This document shows, in pieces, positions 8,985-18,771 of a stretch of DNA of 64,000 bases. Numbering within the stretch: the stretch's first letter is position 1; each line of letters starts with the position of its first letter. This DNA comes from Candidatus Latescibacterota bacterium (lineage in GTDB: Bacteria; Krumholzibacteriota; Krumholzibacteriia; WVZY01; JAKEHA01), in assembly GCA_963707635.1 (NCBI GenBank), contig OY970173.1:1184001-1248000 (forward strand), in the 5' to 3' direction. The notes beneath the pieces were generated by a model, which made no database searches, was not told the origin of the DNA, and was given only the letters and a program-made list of their open reading frames with translations. Both the position numbers and the translations under genes were made by a program.

Positions 8985-10001
8985 CTAGAACAGGAGGCGA
9001 CGCAGCGCGGCGTATGCCATCTGGCCCACATACAACCTCGCCGGAGAATAGACTCTCACAAACCGGCCAAAATTGACCAGCTGACCCTGAAACCGGCTCT
9101 TGAATTCCCGAACTCCATACTCGACGTTGGGATCACCCGCCCCACCGAAATCAAATATCTCGTGCCCACCTCTGCATCCCCAGCGGACCATGTCCCAGAC
9201 GAGAAGGGCGTTTGCATTCAGTTTGTCACCTTCCGCACTGCTGCCGGCAAACCAGTCGAAGACGCGCCCGTGGTACACGAGGGCTGCACGGCTGGCAATC
9301 ACGCTGCCATTGTGTCGAGCGAGTGTAATGCGCAGTCGGCCGAGCGGTGCCAGCCGGAGCCATGCCTCTTGAAAGATCTCCTTCGGGAAAAACGGCAAAT
9401 GCGCCCTTGAGTAGATCCGTGATACCAATTCGTGAAAAATATCGATCTGCGTGGGTTCCGACACTTCTGTGATCTCGATGCCGGTCTTCTCGGCACGTTT
9501 GAGCATGCGGCGTTGATCTCCGGAGAAGTCTTCCCAGATGCCGTTCTCGTCCTTTCTCAAATCAACGAGATAGTTCAGGTGCGGTACGAATTTGTACCCG
9601 CTGCGCGTCAACGGAATGATTCGTGATGTCTGGTCGGTCATGTTCCGTATTTCTGTGAAGAGCGCCTGCGTCTTCATAGTGTCGTCGTATGCACTAACCA
9701 GCGTCCCGATATGCTTGTTAAGGTAGCGCTCGGTTACATCGTGTGCGCAGGAAATGCCACCGAAAACGACAGAACGCGATGTGAACCTCGGCAATGACGC
9801 GAAGATCCTTGTCTGCACCGCAACAATACATGCGATTGGCCTGCCGTCTTCCTGAAGGAAGAACACGTGAGGCGTGTACTTGGGAGACCCGGCGAAACAA
9901 TCGACAAATTGCCGCGTGTGAAAGATGTTAGCCGAGGGATTGCTATCCGTGTAGTGATCCCATGCGTCGTGGGGAACCGAGCGAACGACTTCGATGGGCA
10001 T
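8985..10001 (-). CDS. FemAB-like GNAT acyltransferase / peptidoglycan-bridge-like family
   Basis: WDHY...PSANIFHT N-terminus; NALLVW...FDFGGAG...GVREFKSRFQG C-terminus. Confidence 0.85.
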   Translation of the reverse strand: MPIEVVRSVPHDAWDHYTDSNPSANIFHTRQFVDCFAGSPKYTPHVFFLQEDGRPIACIVAVQTRIFASLPRFTSRSVVFGGISCAHDVTERYLNKHIGTLVSAYDDTMKTQALFTEIRNMTDQTSRIIPLTRSGYKFVPHLNYLVDLRKDENGIWEDFSGDQRRMLKRAEKTGIEITEVSEPTQIDIFHELVSRIYSRAHLPFFPKEIFQEAWLRLAPLGRLRITLARHNGSVIASRAALVYHGRVFDWFAGSSAEGDKLNANALLVWDMVRWGCRGGHEIFDFGGAGDPNVEYGVREFKSRFQGQLVNFGRFVRVYSPARLYVGQMAYAALRRLLF

Positions 10002-10109
10002 GCGCTATGTTATTCGGGGATGTTGGGAATGCCAGAGGTAACTACATCGCCCGGCAGGGCCGGACGGCTTGCTCGGTACTTGGTTCATTATATCGCGCGA
10101 AACACCGAT

Positions 10110-10217
10110 CTACAAGCGCTCGCTCTGCCCATGCACCTGCACGGTCGCGCGCGGGTGGGACGCCACGTAGGCGTCCCACCGCGCGTCCGTCCATGGTTCG
10201 ACGATGTGGATCGGCAC
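10110..10217 (-). pseudogene. N-terminal remnant of a FemAB-like GNAT gene (35 codons, below the ORF-track cutoff)
   Basis: GTG 7 nt after the ino1 stop encodes MPIHIVEPWTDARWDAYVASHPRATV, then unrelated QVHGQSERL*. Confidence 0.7.
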
Positions 10218-10224
10218 CGCCGTC

Positions 10225-11539
<1,315 letters not shown>

Positions 11540-11586
11540 GCGTTTCCTCCGTTCGTCGCCCGTGGGCGACTCTTTCGATTCGGGAC

Positions 11587-11652
11587 ATGATAGCGGGCGC
11601 GAGATCATAATTGAAGTTTATTTGAATTATGAATATTATAAGTATTACTTAT
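11587..11652. promoter_or_regulatory. divergent ino1/LysR control region with two LysR boxes
   Basis: ATAA-N7-TTAT at 11607-11621 and ATAAGTATTACTTAT at 11638-11652; minus-strand TTCAAT-17-TATCAT promoter (11615-11587). Confidence 0.7.
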
Positions 11653-12551
11653 GGAAATCACGCTCGCTGCGATACTTCCTCGCTACCGTCCGCCTCGGCA
11701 GCGTGGGCGCCGCCGCCGCCGAGCACTTCGTCACCCAGCCCGCCGTGAGCCTGCAGCTGAAGAAGCTCGAGACCGAACTGGGGCAGAAGCTGCTGGCGAA
11801 GCGGGGCCGGCGCCTGGTCCCCACCGAGGCGGGGTCCGCGCTCGCGGCCCGCGCGGAAGACGTGGTGCGCGCGCTCGAGGAACTGGAAGCGGAGCTCCAC
11901 GGCATGAAGCAGCTCGAACGCGGCTTCCTGCGCGTCGGAAACACGGACGCAGCCAGCGTCTACGTGCTCCCGGAGGTCTATCAGGCCTTCCACCGCCGGT
12001 ACCCCGGCGTTCGCATCGAAATCACGGTCGGAGACACCGGCCGGCTGCTCGAGGCGCTGGCGGCGCGGCGCATCGAACTGGCGACCGCGACGCTGCCGGT
12101 CGACACCCACGGCCTGGTGGTGCGGCCAATATACCGCGAGGAGCTGGTGGCGGTGGCGCACCCGGGCGATCCCCTCGCCGTGAGGCGCGGCGTTACCCTG
12201 GCGGACCTCTCGCGCCACGGCGTCATCGCCTATCCCGCCGGATCGGTGACCCGGCGCATGATCGACGACGTCTTCCTCCGCCACGGCCAGGCGCTGCGGG
12301 CGCGCATGGAGATATCGAGCCCGGAGGCCATGAAGCGGCTCGCCGAGGCGGGGCTGGGGGTCAGCATCCTCCCGCGGCCCGTGGTGGCCGCCGAGATACG
12401 CCGCAAGGTGCTCAAGGTGATCCCGATTGCCGGTGTTCGCTTCGAGCGCGAAATCGGGATGGTGCACCGCGGTGAGAGCACGATGTCCCCGGCGGCGCGC
12501 GCGTTCCTGGAGATGGTGGAGACCCGGTTCCGCGCGGACTTTCGGAAGTGA
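11651..12551 (+). CDS. LysR family transcriptional regulator (+1 frameshift ~11660)
   Basis: removing one base gives MEIRSLRYF...VTQPAVSLQLKKLE HTH; C-terminal effector domain. Confidence 0.9.
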
Positions 12552-12607
12552 ATTCCGGGGCTCGCCCCGTGAGCGCCGGTGTGGCACAATAGCGCGCTCG
12601 GATAGCC

Positions 12608-13445
12608 ATGACTCCATTCCAGCATGAACTCGACGTGGCGTGCGCGCTCGCGCGCGAGGCCGGGGAGATCATTCTCCAGTCGTACTCGCGCCTGGTCGAC
12701 GCGGACGTCGACGAGAAAGGGCGCCACGACTACGTCACGGTGGTGGACCACCGCTCGCAGGAGCTCATCGTCGGCGGGCTGCGTCGGGCGTGGCCGAACG
12801 ACTTCATCGTGGCGGAAGAAACGCTCGCGCCGGGGTTCAACGCGGGGCGCGAGCACAGCCGCCGTCGCTGGTACATCGACCCGCTCGACGGGACGACCAA
12901 CTACATCCACAGCTATCCCATGTTCGCGGTCACACTCGCCCTGGAAGTCGACGGCGACCTGACGGTGGCCGTGACCTACGCCCCGCGCGATCGTGAGCTC
13001 TTCCACGCGGTGCGCGGGCAGGGGGCCCGCTTGAACGGCGCGCCCATGCACGTGAGCCGGATCGAGGACCAGAGCCGGATTCTGCTCGGCACCGGTTTCC
13101 CGTTCCGCGCGCGGCATCTGCTCGACGATCTACCTCAAGTCCTTCTCCCACTTCTTCAACCACGCGCGCGGCATCCGGCGCGGCGGTTCGGCGGCGCTGG
13201 ACCTCGCCTACGTCGCCGCCGGGCGTCTGGACGGATTCTGGGAGATGACGCTCTCCCCGTGGGACATGGCGGCGGGCGTGCTGCTCATCGAAGAGGCAGG
13301 CGGCCGCGTCACCGATTTCTTCGGCGGCGCCACCCACCTGCGTTCGGGACACGTGATTGCGACCAACGGACTCCTGCACGACTGGATGTGCGAGGGCATC
13401 GCCGCCGTATTTCCGCGCGACGGCGACTATTCGCGCCGTTCGTGA
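12608..13445 (+). CDS. suhB: inositol monophosphatase (+1 frameshift ~13127)
   Basis: DYVT, AEE and WYIDPLDGTTNY; after the shift RRGGSAALDLAYVAAGRLDGFWE and WDMAAG. Confidence 0.92.
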
Positions 13446-15268
13446 TGGCCCGCTCGCCGCGTTCGATCCTCTGGCGAGATCTCGGCTTGGTGGCCGGGGT
13501 CGCGCTCCTGGTCCGGCTCGGGTACTTCCTGCTCAACTCGCGCGGCAACCCCGCCTTCGACTACCTCATCATGGACTCGATGCAGATCGATCGCTGGGCG
13601 AAGGCGATCGCGGCGGGAGACGCGGGCGCGGGCGTCTATTTTCGGGGGCCGCTGTACCCGTACCTGCTCGCGCTTGTTTACAAGTGGTCGCACGCCAGCG
13701 TCGCCGCCGCGGTGCTCGTGAACCACGTCGCCGGAGTACTGATGTGCGGACTCGTCTACCTCTTCGCGCGCGAGTACTTCTCGCGCGCGGTGGCGCTGGT
13801 GGCGGGGCTGGTCGCCGCCCTCTACTGGCCGTTCATCTACTTCGAAGGCGAGATCCTCGTCGAGCCGGTGTACATGACGCTCGTGATGCTGGGGCTGTGG
13901 CGAACCGCCCGCGCGCTCGGCCACCCGACGGCCGCGAGGCTCGTGCTCGCGGGCGCGTGCCTCGGGCTCGCGGCCCTCGCGCGCCCCACCGTGCTGGCGT
14001 TCCTTCCCGCGATCCCGGTGTTGTTCGTCCTGATGGAGCCTCGCGGGGACACCGCGCGCACGACGGGGAAGCGGCTCCGCTCGAGCGGAGTGGTGGTGGT
14101 GGCGGCGATCGCGATGCTCGTGCCGGCCACGATCCACAATCTGCGCGCGGGGAATGCATTCGTGCCGGTCGCGTGGTCCGGCGGGCTGAATTTCTACATC
14201 GGCAACAACGAATCCTCCGACGGGCGCAGCGCGTTCATCCCCGGCACGAAAGCCGCGTGGATGGGCGGAGAGGAGGAGGCGCTCGCGATCGCGGCGGCGC
14301 AGGCCGGGCGACCGCTGACGTCGGCTGAAGCGTCGAGCTTCTTCACCCGCGAGGGGCTCGACTGGATCGTGCAAAACCCCGGTGCGGCCGCCGAGCTCAC
14401 AGCGAACAAATTGCACATGTTTTGGGAGGGGCCCGAGCGCTCCAACGAGAAGTACATCTACTTCTTCTGGGACCGTTTCGGCTTCGGACGGGTCCCGATG
14501 CCCGGCTTCTGGTTGGTCTCGCCGCTGGCGCTCGCTGCCATGATTCGACTGTGGCCGCGACGGCGCGAGCTCTCGCTGCCATATCTGTTCGTGCTTTGCA
14601 CCGTGGTGGGGGTAGTGGCGTTCTTCGTGGTCGCCCGCTATCGATTGCCGGCGGTTCCGGTGCTCATCGTTTTTGCGGCGTGGGCGCTGGTCGATCTCTT
14701 CCAGTCGGCGCGCGGGCGCCGGTGGGGGGCGCTCGCGCGGACGGGCATGCCGTTTCTCGTGTGCTTTGCGGTCGTCAATGTGAGCTACCCGAGTTTCCTC
14801 AACCAGCGGACCACGCACATCGCGATTTCTCACTACACGCTCGCCGGTGCATTTCTGGAGCGCGGCGACAAGGGGCGCGCCATCCTCGAGCTGGACGCGG
14901 CGCGCCGCGCGTTCGAGCGAGCGCCCTCGCGCTACTACGCGAACATCGCGGTGGACATCTACCTGAAGCTCGGCGCGCTGTGGTACGAACGCGGGCGGTG
15001 CGACGAGGCGACGAAGGCACTCGGGCAGATTCCGCCCGCCGACCCGCGGGCGCAGACCGCGCGGAGCATGTTCGCGGACTGCTGCGAAAAAACCGGCCGC
15101 ATCGCCGAGGCGGGTCGCGCCTATCAGATGATGCTCAAGGCCGAGCCGGGGAACCGTTCGGCGCTCGAGGGTCTGATCCGGTGCCTGGAGGCGAGCGGCC
15201 AGTACGACGAGGCCGCCAGGATGAAAAAGCAGCTCGACGCGGTGGAGCCGGCGCCCGGCCCGCGTTGA
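13445..15268 (+). CDS. GT-C (GT39/ArnT-like) membrane glycosyltransferase with C-terminal TPR repeats
   Basis: ATG overlaps the suhB TGA; PLYPY, ARP, GGLNFYIGNN and RYRLP motifs; TPR-like tail. The 886-aa ORF in the track is an artefactual fusion. Confidence 0.85.
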   Translation: MARSPRSILWRDLGLVAGVALLVRLGYFLLNSRGNPAFDYLIMDSMQIDRWAKAIAAGDAGAGVYFRGPLYPYLLALVYKWSHASVAAAVLVNHVAGVLMCGLVYLFAREYFSRAVALVAGLVAALYWPFIYFEGEILVEPVYMTLVMLGLWRTARALGHPTAARLVLAGACLGLAALARPTVLAFLPAIPVLFVLMEPRGDTARTTGKRLRSSGVVVVAAIAMLVPATIHNLRAGNAFVPVAWSGGLNFYIGNNESSDGRSAFIPGTKAAWMGGEEEALAIAAAQAGRPLTSAEASSFFTREGLDWIVQNPGAAAELTANKLHMFWEGPERSNEKYIYFFWDRFGFGRVPMPGFWLVSPLALAAMIRLWPRRRELSLPYLFVLCTVVGVVAFFVVARYRLPAVPVLIVFAAWALVDLFQSARGRRWGALARTGMPFLVCFAVVNVSYPSFLNQRTTHIAISHYTLAGAFLERGDKGRAILELDAARRAFERAPSRYYANIAVDIYLKLGALWYERGRCDEATKALGQIPPADPRAQTARSMFADCCEKTGRIAEAGRAYQMMLKAEPGNRSALEGLIRCLEASGQYDEAARMKKQLDAVEPAPGPR

Positions 15269-15293
15269 CCGCGCCGGGCCGTCCTGCTAGCAT
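15265..15293 (+). promoter_or_regulatory. putative sigma70 promoter
   Basis: TTGACC-17-TAGCAT with extended -10 TG. Confidence 0.5.
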
Positions 15294-15317
15294 CCGGCTG
15301 CTTTCGAGGAGGAGGTC

Positions 15318-16043
15318 ATGAGAGAAGGCTCGGCACTGGCGACCGCCACGCTCGCGGTCGGCGTGGCCCTGGCGGGCTGGTTCGTGGGCAACGGCTTCGT
15401 CCGCGGCCGCACGGCGGATCGCTTCGTTTCGGTCAAGGGCGTGGCCGAACGGGACGTGGTCGCGGACCTGGCGCTCTGGCCGCTGCGCTTCTCCTCCACC
15501 GACGACAACCTCGCGCGCGCGCAGGAACGGTTCGACGCGAGCAAGAAAGCCGTGGTCGAGTTTCTGTCGCGCCATGGCATCGAGCCTTCGCGCGCGGAGC
15601 TGCAGGGATTCGAAGTCACCGACGTGCTCGCGAATCCGTACCGCGGGGCGGGCGAGATAACGAGCCGCTACATCATCACCGGGACCTTGATGGTCCGCGT
15701 GGACGACCCGGGCCTGGTGCAGAAGGCCAGCCAGGACCTGGGCGAACTGGTCCAGGGGGGCGTGGTGTTTTCGTCGCAGGGCGGCTTCAGCAGCGGTCCG
15801 ACCTACCTCTACTCGAGACTCAACGATTTGAAGCCCGAGATGATCGCGGAAGCGACCGCGAGCGCGCGCGAAGGCGCGGCGCAATTCGCCAAGGATTCCG
15901 GCAGCCGCCTGGGGAGCATTCACCAGGCCAGCCAGGGAGTGTTTCAGATTCTCCCGCGCGATCGGGCGCCGGGAGTGACCGAAGAATCGCAACTCAACAA
16001 GACCGTGCGCGTCGTCACCACCGTCGAGTATGGGCTCGAGTGA
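15318..16043 (+). CDS. SIMPL/DUF541 domain protein
   Basis: VSVKGVAERDVVADLALW, LKPEMIAEAT, ASQGVFQI and KTVRVV motifs. Confidence 0.88.
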   Translation: MREGSALATATLAVGVALAGWFVGNGFVRGRTADRFVSVKGVAERDVVADLALWPLRFSSTDDNLARAQERFDASKKAVVEFLSRHGIEPSRAELQGFEVTDVLANPYRGAGEITSRYIITGTLMVRVDDPGLVQKASQDLGELVQGGVVFSSQGGFSSGPTYLYSRLNDLKPEMIAEATASAREGAAQFAKDSGSRLGSIHQASQGVFQILPRDRAPGVTEESQLNKTVRVVTTVEYGLE

Positions 16044-16078
16044 GGGCGCGTGGTCGCAACCCAACGGAGGAATGTTTC

Positions 16079-16714
16079 ATGAAAGCAGTCGTGGGAGTGT
16101 TTTGCGCAGCGTTGCTGGTAGTTGCCACCAACGCCGATGCGAAGAAGTACGCGGGCGTCAAAGGCGGGGTCAACATGGGGGACTTCGGCGGCGACGACGC
16201 CCCCGACAACAGCAGCACGCGCACCGGTTTTTCCGGCGGTGCGTTCTACGGGATGGGCATCAACGACCAGTTCGACGTGCGCGGTGAGGTGAACTACGTC
16301 CAGAAGGGCGCGGAGGGTGACGTGGAGGCCGACGACGGCGATATTCACGCCGGCACCTACAAGCTCGACTACGTGGAGATCCCGGTGCTGTTCGTGGCCA
16401 ACTTTGGCGCCGGTGAAAAGTTCGGGTTCAGCCTCTTCGCCGGCCCGACGTTCGCGTTCAACACCACCGCCGAGGCGGAAATCCCCTCGCACAACGAAAC
16501 CGTGGAGCTCGACAACGTAAAGGGCTTCGATTTCGGCGGGGCCATCGGCGGTGGCATCAAGTACATGCTCTCGAAGTTTTCCATCGTGGCGGACGTGCGC
16601 TACGGTATCGGCGCCAGCTCGGTAGTCGAGGACGTGGCCGGAGAGTCGGTCGATGTGAAGAACCAGGGCCCTGCCTTCATGGCGGGAGTGGAGTTCCCGC
16701 TCGGAGCGAAGTAG
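16079..16714 (+). CDS. outer-membrane beta-barrel (porin/PorT-like family) protein
   Basis: signal peptide; GVKGGVN, Y..KG, KLDYVEIPVL, AGP and DVRY.IG motifs. Confidence 0.85.
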   Translation: MKAVVGVFCAALLVVATNADAKKYAGVKGGVNMGDFGGDDAPDNSSTRTGFSGGAFYGMGINDQFDVRGEVNYVQKGAEGDVEADDGDIHAGTYKLDYVEIPVLFVANFGAGEKFGFSLFAGPTFAFNTTAEAEIPSHNETVELDNVKGFDFGGAIGGGIKYMLSKFSIVADVRYGIGASSVVEDVAGESVDVKNQGPAFMAGVEFPLGAK

Positions 16715-16738
16715 TATTTTTCCCAGAGGAGGCAATCT

Positions 16739-17377
16739 GTGAAACGTGAAATCATTTTCGGTGTGGTGGTGGCCGGGCTGTTGGGCGCAACTGTCCAGGC
16801 CGGCGCGGCCACGAATTGTACGTTTGGTGTGAAGGGTGGCGTCGGTATGGCCAATCTGGGCGGAGCCGATGCAGACTCGTTTGCCACCGATTCGCGGAAC
16901 GGATTCGTCGGCGGGTTATTCCTGCAGGCCGACATGTCCAAGAGCTTCGGCGTGCGCCTGGAGGGGCTCTACAACATGAAGGGAGCCTCGGACAGCGAGT
17001 CCGGCGTCGACGCGACGATCAAGCTCGACTACATCGAGTTCCCGATCCTGCTGGTCGGGCAGATGCCCGCATCGGAAACGGTGACGTTGAGTGCCTTTGC
17101 CGGCCCCACCCTGGGCTTCAACATCAATTCGGAAGTGGAAGTCAGCTACCTGGGTGTCTCGGGGAGCGCGGATATCGAGGACGTCGCAGGCTTCGAATTC
17201 GGGCTGGCGTTCGGAGCCGGGGCCGACTTCGACATGGGTTCGTGGTCGATCGTGTTCGACGCACGCTACGCGCTCGGGCTGACGACGATCGATAGTTCGA
17301 GCGACAACGCCGACGTCAAGAACCAGCAGTGGGTCATCATGGCAGGGGTGGGTCTCCCGGTGGGTGGCAGCAAGTAG
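16739..17377 (+). CDS. outer-membrane beta-barrel protein, paralogue of 16079-16714
   Basis: GTG start with GAGGAGG RBS; GVKGG, KLDYIEFPIL and DARY.LG motifs. Confidence 0.85.
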   Translation: MKREIIFGVVVAGLLGATVQAGAATNCTFGVKGGVGMANLGGADADSFATDSRNGFVGGLFLQADMSKSFGVRLEGLYNMKGASDSESGVDATIKLDYIEFPILLVGQMPASETVTLSAFAGPTLGFNINSEVEVSYLGVSGSADIEDVAGFEFGLAFGAGADFDMGSWSIVFDARYALGLTTIDSSSDNADVKNQQWVIMAGVGLPVGGSK

Positions 17378-17402
17378 CGCGACGGGTCGTAGTCGTCCCA
17401 AG

Positions 17403-17430
17403 CGGGGCCGGACGTCCGGCCCCGTTTTTT
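17403..17430 (+). terminator. Rho-independent terminator
   Basis: CGGGGCCGG/ACGT/CCGGCCCCG stem followed by TTTTTT. Confidence 0.85.
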
Positions 17431-17622
17431 CTGCCCAGCGGTGTTCCGAAGATCGCCTGCAACTCGTTGTCCGAATGGCGTATTATCGAACGTTCCGTCG
17501 CGGCCGGACCCCCATCACCCGGCTGTAGATGCGCCGCCCGGGGACCTCACGACCCACCCGGACGCGGCCCGAACCAATATCCTGGTAAGCGGCCGATCTC
17601 CAGCAACGCAAGCAGGTTACAC

Positions 17623-18771
17623 ATGAGCACATGCCCCCGGAGCCTCTCGTTCTATCGCTTCTCGTCGATCGTACTCGCGATCCTGCTGGGCGCTTCGACG
17701 GCGTGCCACAAGGGAGGGAACGCGGGCGCGGCTGGCGGCGGCGGGGCCCCCGGTGAGGGAGGAGCCCCCGGTGCCCCCAAGCAGCCCCCGGTTCCGGTGG
17801 CCGTGGCGATGGCCACCACCGGCGCCATCGCGAGCTACTACACCGCCACGGCGACGCTGGCGGCCGACAAGGAAGCCGAGATTCTGGCCCGCGTCTCGGG
17901 CGTCGTGCAGACGCTCTTTGCGGAGGAAGGCGACGTGGTGGCGGAGGGCGGCCCGCTGCTCCGGGTCGAAAACGGCGAGTATCAGTTCCGACTGGAGCAG
18001 ACGCAGGCGGCGAGAGCGGATCTCGAGACCCGGCTGGAACGCCTCACCGCCATGAGGGAGCAGGACCTCGTCTCGACGGAAGAATACGAGAAGGTGGTCA
18101 ACGACCTCGCCTCCGCACGGGCGGCGGAAGGAATGGCGCAGCTGAACCTCTCGTACACGAGTGTCGAAGCACCGTTCACCGGACGGGTGGTCACGCGCCG
18201 GGTGAACGTGGGACAGACCGTCAACGTCGGCACTCCGTTGTTCGTGCTGTCGGATTTCACGCCGCTGTTGGCGCGGGTGCACGTCCCGTCGAAGGAATTC
18301 AACAAGCTCCAGCCGGACCAGCCCGTCGACCTCGTCCTGGAGAGCAACGGCACCAAGCTGCGCGGACGCATCAAGCTGGTGAGTCCGACCATCGATCCGT
18401 CGAGCGGGACGATCAAGGTGACGATCGAGATCAACGAGTACCCGGCGGGGGTGCGGCCCGGCGACTTCGCACAGGTTCGCATCGTCACCGAGCAGCGCCG
18501 CGGCTCGACGCTGGTGCCGAAGGTCGCGCTGGTGAACGACCGCGGAGAGCAGGTCGTCTACGTGGCCCAGGCGGACACCACCGCCGAGCGGCGGGTGGTT
18601 GAGATCGGGTTCCAGGACGACGAGAACGCCGAGATCCTCCAGGGCGTCGACGTCGGGGAGCGCGTGGTCGTGAAGGGCCAGCGCTCGCTCAAGCACGGCG
18701 CGGCGATCAAGGTTCTCGAAGGGGATGCAACCCAGGTGTCCGACACCGCCCGGGTCGAGGACGGCTCCTGA
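17623..18771 (+). CDS. RND efflux periplasmic adaptor (MFP) subunit
   Basis: lipobox-like ASTAC, EEGDVV, APFTG lipoyl motifs, RPG and GERVVVKGQ; start uncertain. Confidence 0.9.
   Translation: MSTCPRSLSFYRFSSIVLAILLGASTACHKGGNAGAAGGGGAPGEGGAPGAPKQPPVPVAVAMATTGAIASYYTATATLAADKEAEILARVSGVVQTLFAEEGDVVAEGGPLLRVENGEYQFRLEQTQAARADLETRLERLTAMREQDLVSTEEYEKVVNDLASARAAEGMAQLNLSYTSVEAPFTGRVVTRRVNVGQTVNVGTPLFVLSDFTPLLARVHVPSKEFNKLQPDQPVDLVLESNGTKLRGRIKLVSPTIDPSSGTIKVTIEINEYPAGVRPGDFAQVRIVTEQRRGSTLVPKVALVNDRGEQVVYVAQADTTAERRVVEIGFQDDENAEILQGVDVGERVVVKGQRSLKHGAAIKVLEGDATQVSDTARVEDGS

Larger units (their letters stand above)
5908..10140. mobile_element. AT-richer horizontally acquired cassette (surface-glycan modification); no mobility gene
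   Basis: visibly lower GC (spot count 33/60 at 6481-6540) than the flanks; bracketed by the two ends of one broken GNAT gene. Confidence 0.6.

Noticed and set aside
12608..15268. Apparent 886-aa inositol monophosphatase-glycosyltransferase fusion
   Set aside because: Artefact of a +1 insertion at ~13127. The real SuhB C-terminus is in another frame and stops at 13445, where the GT-C ATG begins.
17487..17622. Possible structured leader before the RND operon
   Set aside because: No convincing stem, repeat or known motif could be identified by eye.
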